A stretch of 32,000 bases of DNA from Candidatus Saccharimonadota bacterium. GTDB taxonomy: Bacteria; Patescibacteriota; Gracilibacteria; BD1-5; UBA6164. The notes under the pieces were generated by a model. The model searched no databases and was not told where the DNA came from. It was given only the letters and a program-made list of their open reading frames with translations. This document shows positions 1 to 11,420 of this stretch, piece by piece (the stretch's first letter is position 1; each line of letters begins with the position of its first letter). A program made the translations under genes and the position numbers. The stretch is from assembly GCA_004563595.2 (NCBI GenBank), contig CP042461.1:1140001-1172000 (forward strand). The letters are read 5' to 3'.

Positions 1-613
1 CAATGTAACTTATAACTTTTGTTCATTCGCCTTCGGTAAAATACAATTTAGTGCCACTATCTAATAGTCATCTTAAAACATTTAAAGTTTTGTTTTTATC
101 TACTCTATTCGAAGAAGAGTTTATTTCTCTATGTAAAATGAGTTTAGATTCTATATTTTTCCTTTTTAATAAATGTAATTTTGCAGGAATATCGTCAGTC
201 AAAATATCCTCATTTAACCTTACAGATATTCAAAGTTTTATGGAAAAAAAAGGTTGAAAAATATCTATAAATTCTTTCACATCTGCATCGAAAATACCGT
301 TTATATTTTTTATTTTTGTATATACCAATAGCTCATCTTTTCGCTTTAAAATCTTAAGTTTCATCAAAGTATAAATATATTTTTTAATGAAAGCTATGTT
401 CGTTACAAAGTCTCAACACTGATTTAATGAAAGTGAATTATATGTAAGGTTATTTTTTTTTGCAAAATAAGAAAATTTCACCAAAAATTTGAGGTCTATT
501 TTGCTTAATATTTCCTCGTTTCTGTTTGAGCTTATACAACTATAACATCATCTCGAACAATTATAATTATTAGGTATCGGATTCAAAACGAATCAATCAA
601 TATTTATTTTCAT
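1..613 (-). CDS. Radical SAM protein, N-terminal ~204 codons (3' end lies beyond window start)
   Basis: ATG at 613-611. Table-25 translation MKINIDGFVLNPIPNNYNCSRGCYSCISSN... carries a canonical CX3CX2C radical-SAM cluster motif. The frame stays open to nt 1 only if about six in-frame TGA are sense codons. Confidence 0.6.
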
Positions 614-621
614 ATGTATGA

Positions 622-1491
622 TTATTGATAACTATACTTCCCTTTAATTATACATTTATAACAATTATGTTCAAATGTTTTTTCTTCATTATTCACGCTA
701 TTAAGATATGATTTAAAGCTATTAAAATCAAATATTCTTTTCTCATTATCAAAAAATATATTTGATATTTTTAAGTCTGCCAAATAACACCTCGGAATAT
801 GTGGTCTAATATCTCAATTTATAGATATTTCTAGGTCATAATATCAATCAAAGTCTTCAAAAATAATATCATTATTTTTGACTAAGAATGAGTTATGATA
901 TTTGCAAAGTACATCTTCACTTGTTACAATTTCGTTATCATTATCAATCTGTAGTGCCTCAGAAATACTTAATTTCAATTGTTTATACCTTGTTAATAAT
1001 CGAAAATTTTTACTTTCTATTAACTCTATTTTTTTCTTATAATATATTTGAAATGAAATATTATCAATATAATCCTCCAAAAAAAATTCTAATAGCCTTA
1101 CCAATGATTTAAAATTATAAGTATTCAGGTTACTAATTGAAGTAGAAACATAAACTTGTATATTATATTTTTGTAATAAATATGCTAATATTTTATAAGT
1201 TCAAGGTTTATAGATATTTATATCTGAAATTTGAATTGCAATTCATCATTTTGGATCGAATTGATGTATATACAACATCAGCTCATCTATATCGCCGTAC
1301 AGTAATGGATCAACTCAAAAACAAAATATCTCACAGTCATTATTAAAGACTTGAAAAGTAGTTGCAATATTTTTCTTTAATTCAGACATGTCATAATACG
1401 TCTGAGAGGTATAATTATCACTACATCAAGTACATCAAGTATTACAACCTTTTCAAAGTCTGAAAAGGAGCCTTTTTGCTCCATATATCAT
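622..1491 (-). CDS. Radical-SAM-like protein with degenerate cluster motif (289 aa)
   Basis: ATG 1491-1489 lies 3 nt after the TAA of the upstream rSAM gene. MIYGAKRLLFRLGKGCNTGCTGSDNY... gives CX3CX2S where CX3CX2C is expected. CFGVDPLL sits at the GGE-like position. Track ORF 844..1104 is an internal piece. The apparent TGA stop at 844-846 reads through to TAA 622-624 (C-terminus ...HNCYKCIIKGKYSYQ). Confidence 0.5.
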
Positions 1492-1494
1492 ATC

Positions 1495-2391
1495 TTATAT
1501 ATTTATTAAATCACTCTGCCCATATGCAGAAATATACTCGTCAAATATTCCATAACAATCATCTTTAAAATCACACTTTCCACATTCTGGTAAATATGAT
1601 CTTCTTCCATAATCAGTATTATAGAGCTTATTCTCATATACCTCAGTTATATAATTTATCTTTTCAGTCTTCAGGTCAGCCCTTTTTTCTAAATCTCATA
1701 AAAATAAACATAGAGGGAATCAATCCCAGTATATTTTAATACCTTTTCCGTCAAACATTTCTATTGCTGATTTTATATTAAGAGAGGCTTCTTTCGGTGA
1801 ACAGAATAATGCATCATTATTTCAAGCACCAGAGGGTTCTAAAAGAGAAAACTTAATACTTAAGTTTTCATACGAAGTCTTTAAAAGACCATTCAAAGTG
1901 TCCTCTATGGAAGATAAATTATCAGAAATAACCACATAATTTAAAAATAATGAATCAAAACTTCTTTTTTTCAAAGAACCTATGATCTTTATGACTCATT
2001 CATAACTTCCTTTACATCATACTATGTCATCATGTATCGTTCAATATCCATGAATTGATAAATATATATTTTTAATTCCTAAATCAAATAACTTATCTAA
2101 AAACCTATCACTAGAAATAGTAGACCCATTTGTAACAATTCAAAAATCAAGTCATTGTTTCTTGATAAAATCTATGACACTAAAAAAATGTGATTCTAAT
2201 GTAGACTCTCCTCAACTAAGTAAAATGATTTTCACTCACTTCTTTTTTAAAAGTAAAATTTTAAAAAAGAGAGCCTTGATATTTATTTCTTTTATATTTT
2301 TTTTATATTCAGCATGACAAAAAGAACATGTATAGTTACATTTGTATCATATCTTTAATAATGCTTTTTCTGTGATTAATCAATCAGACAT
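1495..2391 (-). CDS. Radical SAM maturase, HxsC-like (298 aa)
   Basis: ATG 2391, TAA 1495-1497, 897 nt in frame under TGA=Gly. MSDGLITEKALLKIGYKCNYTCSFCHAE (CX3CX2C), LLSGGESTL, IVTNGS, and C-terminal ECGKCDFKDDCYG (CX2CX5C, SPASM/twitch-like). It lies just downstream of the HXS-repeat precursor. Confidence 0.7.
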
Positions 2392-3272
2392 AATTTACTT
2401 GTTAATTCAGTTTTTGCTAAGTCCCCAATCAAATACCTGATATAAAATGCATCTACATCATATTTTCTCTCATTTGTTTTAAATTTTTCCAATATTTTTT
2501 CCTTATTTCAAGCTGCTAGATCTGATTTAAAGGTATTACATTTTTTCTTTTTCTCTATTTTTTCAGTCTCTTCACAAAATATTGCGTCAGATAGTCATTG
2601 TAAATTTAAAGTGGGAGCTTGATGTAACCATAAAATGTCTCAAAATATAGCTTTTTTTATAACAAAATCTATATTCATTCATTGCTCCAAGAAATTTATG
2701 ATTTTTTTCTCACTGTTATAAAATTTCATATAATCCATTTCATCTACCTTTACATTCAGAAATGGTGATTTTGTATAGCTTGAGTATAATAAAGAAGAAG
2801 TATCACTTAAGTATGATCAGATATTATCAAGAGAGTCTAAAAACTTCTTACATTCTTGTTTTGAGGCATATCATTCTTCATTTAAATTATAAATAGAGTA
2901 AATAATTGCAGATACATCATCAAAGTTATTCGTATTTAATTTTTCAAGATCATTCACCAATATTTTTTCAACCTTTTCTACATCTTTTCAATAGAAGTTA
3001 TTGCTTTCAAATCATTTTTCTTTAATAAACCTTGTTATATCCTTTAGATATAAGAAAAGGGGGGCTTCTGCATTTTTATATTTTTTACTTGTTTCTAACA
3101 GATATTTTATAAGTACTTCCTTCTTGAAAGTATAATCTGCTACGGTAATTTTATTGAATTTTTGAATAGAATCATAATTCGTATCATTTTGATCAAAACG
3201 GTCTTCTTCATCAATTTCTTTTACCAAAATTTCATCAGCTGTACTTTCAATTAAGACTTTATCATTATTCAT
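2376..3272 (-). CDS. Hypothetical protein of the Hxs cluster (298 aa)
   Basis: Extends track ORF 3012..3272 through about 10 in-frame TGA to TAA 2376-2378 (897 nt). It overlaps the start of the next rSAM gene by 16 nt (ATGTCTGATTGATTAA). I recognised no family. Confidence 0.5.
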
Positions 3273-3370
3273 CAGTCATCCATTGTGTCATAAAAATACT
3301 CATGATACAATTCAAACGATAAATATTATACATACAATTACATATTTCATTTTTTCAAAGTTAATTTTTA

Positions 3371-3742
3371 TTACCAACTACAATGTGAGCCATGAGAACC
3401 GTGCGACCCATGAGAACCGTGTGATCCATGAGAACCATGACCAGAAATAGCATTACCAGAAGTTGCATTAGAAGTAATATTATTACTATAATGGCCATTT
3501 ACAATACCACTTGCATGATTTACAGACTGATTTATGTCACATTGAAAGTTATTATATGAGGGATATCCTCATTGTCATGCCCAACTTGCATGAGCTGCTG
3601 CCACCTCATCTACTCCACTCAACAACATTGCCCCTGCTGCCAAACCTAAAGCATCTTTTTTCGTAATTTTTCCACTCTCATCAGTAAGAAACCCCTTCAA
3701 TTTCTTTTTTATTTTTGGAAATAGCTTCTTTTTTCAAGACAT
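3371..3742 (-). CDS. hxsA: His-Xaa-Ser repeat precursor protein (HxsA-like, 123 aa)
   Basis: ATG 3742, TAA 3371-3373. MSGKKKLFPKIKKKLKGFLTDESGKITKKDALGLAAGAMLLSGVDEVAAAHASWAGQGGYPSYNNFQCDINQSVNHASGIVNGHYSNNITSNATSGNAISGHGSHGSHGSHGSHGSHGSHCSW. It has a basic N-terminus, a hydrophobic segment and ten H-x-S triplets. It is flanked by radical SAM genes. Confidence 0.8.
3383..3442 (-). repeat. Tandem 9-bp (18-bp super-unit) coding repeat specifying (Gly-Ser-His)n
   Basis: Plus strand reads atgtgagcc atgagaacc gtgcgaccc atgagaacc gtgtgatcc atgagaacc atgacc. The reverse complement encodes GHGSHGSHGSHGSHGSHGSH. Confidence 0.85.
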
Positions 3743-3765
3743 ATTTTAGTATTTATATGTTAAAA

Positions 3766-5214
3766 TTAGTTCTGTATCCAAGAGAGAAGTATCTCTTTTG
3801 CCTCTTTATCTCTTAATTTTTCAAAGATATAATCTAATATTGCAATTTGTATCTTTACTTTTTCATCCTGTACTAATGGAGTATAGAGATTTCACGTCGT
3901 AGTAAAGTTATGAATGATATCAACTCCAAGATATGGTTTATATACATGGTCATTGTATCCAGGTAATCAATCTAGGCAACTCGATTGAATTGCTACCTTT
4001 GTAACTTCTGAATTCATCATATCATTATATGTTTGTTTTGCATTATCTCAGACCTCTGTCATAAGAAAGTCATCTATTCACATTCTTCCAAGCATTCTTG
4101 ATTCATCTGATGCATAGATTTTCCCATCATAATTGTAAGCAACTCCTCATACAGCTATCCCTGAGGGGCTTCTAATATCCATAAAAGCAGGGTCCTTTGC
4201 ATTAAATATCTTCATAAGATACACTGATGTGATAGATTCCGTAAAGAACGTTCCTTTCTTATTTAATTCTATTATATAATCGAGTGATTTTTTATAAAAA
4301 TCTATCCATTCTTCAGATTCATATGCAAGAGTTTTCATATCTGATGCTGCAAATCCATATGGATTCAGCCATCTCAGGAAAATTCCATCAAGACCTAATT
4401 CTAGATATGTATCAATAATTTCTTTATATTTAGGAAGAGTTTCTTTTGTAACAGTGAGTAAAGCACCTATTTTTCACATATTACGTTTTTGTTTCTCCTC
4501 AGATACTCTTTTCATCCAATAGCTTACTTTTTCAAAACTATCTCAATTATATCCTGCCCTATTTGAGTTATGAATCACTTTATTCCCATCTAAACTCGTA
4601 CAGATATCAACTCAATGATCTAACAACCGAGTAAGCTTCTCTTCTGTCATAAGTGTTAGATTTGATACTAATGAGAAATTAAGTCATTTTTTAAGATGAC
4701 CTGCTTTTATAGTAGCATAATCTACTATATGTTGTACCACTTCATAGTTCACTAAAGACTCTCCTCCCTGAAACTCTATAGTTAAACTTGGTGAATTTGT
4801 ATAAAAAATAGTATCAACCACACGAGTTGCTGTTTCTATATCCATATCATATTCTTTTGCTGTCATCGGAGCAACGGCTGCATGACAATATTTACATTTA
4901 TGATTACATCTGAGTGTAGTAATAATCATATGAAGTGTTGGTCAAACACCTACAAAATGATTTTTTAAAGCAATGCTTCCTGCCATTTTGTCTTGATAAT
5001 CCTGATCTTTGATAAATCCATTTTTACTTAACGCTTCATACTTTAAAGTATTTTCTATATCTCATGTGATAAAAGTATGAAATTCTTTCGGAGTTAAAAA
5101 CTCGTATTTTCAGGCATCGTTGGTAATTAAATATGAATTTTCATCAAATTTTTTAAATCTAAAATATCATATTTTATCAGTATGTGCATTCTTAATATCT
5201 TGTAAATTTAACAT
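3766..5214 (-). CDS. hxsB: His-Xaa-Ser system radical SAM maturase (HxsB-like, 482 aa)
   Basis: ATG 5214, TAA 3766-3768 (1449 nt). It joins track ORFs 4684..4929 and 4147..4338 in one frame. TLRCNHKCKYCHA (CX3CX2C), EFQGGESL, SLVSNLT, and a long C-terminal auxiliary domain. It ends 23 nt upstream of hxsA. Confidence 0.8.
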
Positions 5215-5217
5215 TAT

Positions 5218-5412
5218 TTATCCATTAATCAGTCAAATATTATAATTCATAAATTCATTGAAAATTTCCTCTATTTCATTCTCTGTTGATCAAGTTATTG
5301 TAAGGGTATTATTTTCTAATTTAATTTTTGAAACCTCTTTAAAATCTTCTATAGATTCTAAAATTTTTGAAGCATCATATATCTCGAAGTCGAGATTGAA
5401 ATCTTTTTTCAT
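5218..5412 (-). CDS. Small acidic protein (64 aa), possibly a truncated HxsD-like paralog
   Basis: ATG 5412, TAA 5218-5220, 3 nt before the hxsB ATG. MKKDFNLDFEIYDASKILESIEDFKEVSKIKLENNTLTITGSTENEIEEIFNEFMNYNIGLING. Confidence 0.45.
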
Positions 5413-5423
5413 ATATTTATAAA

Positions 5424-5993
5424 CTATTTTTTAAAATTATCTTTGGCTTTTTTAATAGCATCTGGATTTATTGTAATCATTGGTTTTGTTTTTTCTGATC
5501 ATGTTTCTTCTTCGATTTCTTTCAGTATTTTTTCAATCTCAGCATCGTCAATCTTCAAGTCTGGATCATTTTCTATCTCTTTCAAAATTTCATCTATATC
5601 TTTATCAAAACCTATTTGATTTTGTTCTAGATTTTTTTCAGCTTCATCTGTATTAAATGATACAAAGTTTAATGTATCAAGTGGTCAATTAATAGCTTTT
5701 TTTACAATTGTCTCTCTTATCTCTTTGTTATCTTTTTCTAACTTGTCTCTTAAATATACAGATAATAACTCATCAGAAAAACTTCAAACAAGGGTTTCAG
5801 AATTAATTTTAGTAGAATCTTTTGCTGTAAATTGTAAAATTATATTATTTTCCCTATCATGTTTAAAGAAAAAGTATCATTTATCTAAAAACATATAAGC
5901 CGCTTTTAAAATGATATCTTTTGAATAAATTTTTGTATCAATTAGAAGTTCTAATTGATCATTTTTTATCTCTTTTTTTAAAAATTGTTCCAT
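5424..5993 (-). CDS. hxsD: HxsD-like protein (189 aa)
   Basis: ATG 5993, TAG 5424-5426 (570 nt). MEQFLKKEIKNDQLELLIDTKIYSKDIILKAAYMFLDKGYFFF...SFSDELLSVYLRDKLEKDNKEIRE resembles the LLNDYxLRE signature of HxsD as I recall it. It is the first gene of the cluster. Confidence 0.5.
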
Positions 5994-6039
5994 TTAATTA
6001 GACAAATTAATTACTAAAAAATTTTACTGAATTATACGC

Positions 6040-6080
6040 AAAAAAAAAGAAGCTCAAAAACTTTTTTGAACTTCTTTTTT
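6040..6080 (-). terminator. Intrinsic (bidirectional-looking) terminator after atpC
   Basis: Stem gaagctcaaaaa (6049-6060) pairs with tttttgaacttc (6063-6074), giving one G-U pair on the minus-strand RNA. It is flanked by A9 and T6 runs, and lies immediately downstream of the atpC stop. Confidence 0.6.
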
Positions 6081-6083
6081 CGT

Positions 6084-6515
6084 CTATTTTATAGTACTTC
6101 CTAACTTTAATTGTGCAATAGATCTGAGTAACATATCTTCTGCCTCAATGAATTTTTCCATATCCATCTTATCCTTTGAATCTCTATATTTTTCCATGAG
6201 TTTTAGTGCTTCTTCTCTTGCTCTTTCAGCCTTAGAAACATCTAAGTCATCAATATCAACAAGCATATCAGCCATGATTTTCACACTATTGTTACTTATT
6301 TCAACAACTCATGTTCAAATAGCAAAATCATCCCTTCTCTCAATATCTTTATCATCTATATATACAACATACATAGTAGATGGTTTGATACTTGTCAAAA
6401 GTGGTGCATGATTATCAAGTGCTGTTATCTCTCAAATACCTGTCATCATAGTAGCTGAGACAACATTCTCTGAAGAAAATGCCTCTCATCAGAATGATAA
6501 TATTTTTAATTTCAT
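6084..6515 (-). CDS. atpC: F-type ATP synthase subunit epsilon (143 aa)
   Basis: MKLKILSFGGEAFSSENVVSATMMTGIGEITALDNHAPLLTSIKP... continues into track ORF 6084..6284. TAG stop at 6084-6086. It is the last gene of the atp operon. Confidence 0.85.
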
Positions 6516-6551
6516 ACTTTATTATTATTTAATTTTAATACTATCTATAAG

Positions 6552-6647
6552 CTAACTCCCTCTGTCCTTCGGACATCTCCCTCCATGAGGGAGAAAAAAT
6601 CAGTTCCCCCTCATGGAGGGGGATGCCTGAAAGGCAGGGGGAGTTTA
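6552..6647. repeat. GC-rich nested palindromic element between atpD and atpC
   Basis: Outer stem aactccctctg (6554-6564) pairs with cagggggagtt (6635-6645). Inner hairpins: gtcc-ttcg-ggac, ctccctc-cat-gagggag, tccccctc-atg-gaggggga, gcc-tgaaa-ggc. The left arm is approximately the reverse complement of the right arm. Confidence 0.7.
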
Positions 6648-6659
6648 TCTTAATTATTC

Positions 6660-8060
<1,401 letters not shown>

Positions 8061-8091
8061 TTGTATAATAATTATTATAAATTAAATTTTT

Positions 8092-8496
8092 TTAGTTTAT
8101 TTCATCCATTGCTACATTACTCAATCTATCAGCTTCTTTATTATCCTCTCTTTTTACCCAGTTATATTGAACAGTTATCTTTGCTTCTGATACAAGTTTA
8201 ATAATATCTGCGTGTATTGTTCTTAATTCATCTTTCTTTATTTTCCATTCTCACTTCAGCTGACAAATAACGAGTTTTGAATCCATATAGAGTTCTATGT
8301 GCTGAGATCAAAGTTCAATAGCTCTTTTCACTCAATAGTAAGCTCATAAGTACTCTGCTTCATTATTAGTCTTAATTCATAAACTTTTATACCTTTGCTC
8401 AACTGTTCATCAATTTTCATCCATAATGTGAACTCAGAGTCATGAATTTCATGGATTTCATCGAGACCCTCAATCTGTATAGACTATTAATTTCAT
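8092..8496 (-). CDS. rnhA: Ribonuclease HI-like protein (134 aa)
   Basis: MKLIVYTDGGSRGNPGNSGLGVHIMDENGGTVEQRYKSLGIKTNNEAEYLGAYYGVKRAIELG...NKEADRLSNVAMDEIN contains the DGG..GNPG / NNEAEY / EADRL(A) RNase H motifs. There are more than 10 TGA-Gly codons, so it is invisible in the standard-code track. Confidence 0.8.
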
Positions 8497-8501
8497 AAAA
8501 A

Positions 8502-8879
8502 TTACTTTATTTCTTTATCTATATAAATTTTCATTTCATCATCTTGAGCTTCATCTTTTTTCTCAATCTCAACTTTTTTTATTTTTTTTTCTTCTTTCTT
8601 ATTTATTACAGTTTTGTCTTTGGGAATATTTTTACTTGTATCTGTTTTACAGCTAAAATAAAAATATTTTCTTAACAACACTGTAATAAGCGCTATCAGA
8701 ATAATAACTAAAACTGCAAGTTTCATATGTACAGGATCTGAACTTCATGGAACAGCCTTTCATAATGAATTAAGTACTAATCCATATAAAAAATTTCATA
8801 GTATGATTCAAATTAATGAATATATTCCAAAAAATAATATATTTAAGAGCCCTTTTATAGCGATTGGTATATTTTTCAT
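8502..8879 (-). CDS. Small membrane protein (125 aa; alternative start 8726)
   Basis: Track ORF 8502..8726 extends upstream through TGA codons to ATG 8879. MKNIPIAIKGLLNILFFGIYSLIGIILGNFLYGLVLNSLGKAVPGSSDPVHMKLAVLVIILIALITVLLRKYF..., followed by a Lys/Glu-rich tail. Two or three predicted TM helices. Confidence 0.5.
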
Positions 8880-8945
8880 AATAATTATATTAAAAATAAA
8901 TCTACCTTATTTTAGCCTTTTTCTAACAATTGTAAAGAAGAAATC

Positions 8946-9854
8946 CTATACGTCTTTCATAGACTCTACTCATGCAGTTATCTCAGAAACTTCTCTGGTA
9001 ATAATTGCTTGCCTTGCTTTATTATATTGCAAAGTTAACTTATCTGCTATCTTTTTTGCACTATCTTTAGCATTTTTCATCGCAATCATACGAGATGAGT
9101 GCTCCGAAGCTTTTGCCTCTAATAATATATCAAAGAAAATCAAATCAAGTATCATCGGAATCATTTCATTTGCAAGCTTCTCAGGAGTAGGTTCCAAATC
9201 ATAACTATATATATTTAATTCTCCTAATTCCTTTTCTATATCATACTCATCTCATAAAATACTTGTAAGATAAGCTTTTATATCTTTTGCATCAATTGGA
9301 AGAGAAAGTTTTGCAACAGGAACTTGTTTAATGGTGTTAATATAGTGATTATAAAAAACAACTACTTTATTATACTTACCTGATTGAAACTCCTCTCTTA
9401 AGAGTTGAGATATTTCTTTTGTAAAAATAGGATCAATATTATCTGAAAAATCTACAGAAAAATCAGCAATCAGTTTATTCCCAGTTCTCGCAACAAAATT
9501 TGATGCTTTTTTTCAAACTGAAATAAATTCTAACTCTTCTCCTGTTTCTTTGATGTATGAACTTACTTTTTTCATAACATTTATATTATAACCTCAACAT
9601 AATCATTTATTTGAAGTAATAACAACAGCAAGAGTTTTATCTCATTTTCCTTCTTTAAAGAGTGGAAAATCACCAAGATGCTCCTCTACTCTTAAAAATA
9701 TTTTCAACATTTCAAATACAAAATCTCTCTTTTGCAAAGCAAGTTCTCAAGCTTTTTTCATCTTTACTGTTGAAATAAGCTCCATTGCTTTTGTGATTTT
9801 TCCTGTATTCTTTATCGAACCTATTTTACGTTTTATTTCTTTAGCATTAGCCAT
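8946..9854 (-). CDS. atpG: F-type ATP synthase subunit gamma (302 aa)
   Basis: [45 protein letters not shown]... The C-terminus ...[16 protein letters not shown] reads through the apparent TGA stop at 8970 to TAG 8946-8948. Confidence 0.9.
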
Positions 9855-9878
9855 AAAAGTTTTTTAATTATTAGGTTT

Positions 9879-11384
9879 TTATTTATTAATTTCAACTATT
9901 TTAGCAATAACTTCTTTTAATTTAGTTTCAGTATCAGATGTAATTTTCTTTTCTTTATCTATTGAAGCTAAAACTGTTTTTTCATCTTCAAGTGCAGAAT
10001 AGAGTTCTTTTTCAAATTTTGCTACTTTTTCAACTTTTATACTATCAAGGTATCCTTTTGAACCAGCATAGATAGAACATACTTGTTTTGCAACAGTGAT
10101 TGGTGAATATACACCTTGTTTTAATAGTTCCATCATTCTTGCACCTCTATCAAGTTGAGCTCTTGTCGCTGCATCAAGATCAGAAGCAAATTGAGAGAAA
10201 GCTTCTAATTCTCTATACTGAGCAAGGTCTAGTTTCAAAGTACCTGAGACTTTTTTCATTGCTTTGATTTGAGCCGCACCTCAAACTCTCGAAACTGATA
10301 ATCATACATTAATTGCTGGTTTTTGACCTGCATTAAATAAATCAGATTCTAAGAAAATTTGACCATCTGTAATTGAAATTACATTGGTAGGGATATAAGC
10401 AGAAACGTCACCAGCTTGAGTTTCAATAATAGGTAAAGCCGTCATGGATCCGGCACCTAATTCTTCATTTAATTTTGAAGATCTTTCAAGTAATCTTGAG
10501 TGAGTATAAAATACATCTCAAGGATATGCCTCTCTTCCTGGTGGTCTTCTTAATAACAATGACATTTCTCTATATGCATTTGCTTGTTTTGTAAGATCAT
10601 CATATACAATAAGTGAATGTTCTCCATTAAACATGAAATATTCAGCCATAGCACAACCAGCATATGGAGATAAAAATTGCATAGAAGCTGGATCAGAAGC
10701 ACCTGCAGTAACTACGATAGTATAATCCATAGCCCCTCTTTTCTTTAATTCGTTTACAATTCTTGCAACTTTTCATTCTTTTTGACCAATAGCAACATAT
10801 ACACAGATTACTCCTTGACCTTTTTGATTTAAGATTGCATCAATAGCAACTTGAGTCTTCCCAGTTTGTCTATCTCAGATAATAAGCTCTCTTTGTCCTC
10901 TCCCAATTGGCACTAAAGAATCAATTGCTTTAATACCTGTTTCCATTGGTTGATGAACTGATTTTCTATCCATTACTCATGTAGCAACTCTTTCAACAGG
11001 ATAGTATTCTGTTGCTTTGATATCTCCTAAACCATCTAATGGTCTTCAAAGAGCATCAACAACTCTCCCAATAAGACCTTTCCCTACTGGAACTTCTAGG
11101 ATTTTCCCAGTTGTTTTTGCTTTTTCTCCTTCAGAGATTTTATTAAAACCATTTAGAATAACTATTCATACAAAATGTTCTTCTAAGTTAAGAGCTATTC
11201 AAGTTGCACCTGAATCAAAACTTACTACTTCGTTGTAAGCAACTTTTCCAAGTCCTGATACTTTTGCAACCCCGTCACCAAGATAAAACACTTCTCCTAT
11301 GTTTTCTACTTCTGGGTTCAGGTCAACTGAATCGATTTTAGATTCGATATCACTTATGATATTATTTAATAAGTCGTTTGACAT
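9879..11384 (-). CDS. atpA: F-type ATP synthase subunit alpha (501 aa)
   Basis: Joins track ORFs 9879..10259, 10518..10730 and 11199..11384 in one frame. Walker A is GDRQTGKT, with its first Gly encoded by TGA. Confidence 0.95.
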
Positions 11385-11420
11385 AAAAATATTTGTTAAG
11401 GTATTAAATTACATTTTTTA

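Noticed and set aside
3383-3442. Short tandem repeat that could be taken for a microsatellite or CRISPR-like array.
   Set aside because: It has 9-bp periodicity in frame inside hxsA, with synonymous variation between units. It encodes the (HGS)n tail.
5218-5412. The 64-aa ORF upstream of hxsB as a second precursor peptide.
   Set aside because: It has no HXS triplets or Cys/His-rich core. Its acidic, helix-like sequence looks more like a small chaperone or an HxsD-like fragment. I retained it only as a low-confidence CDS.
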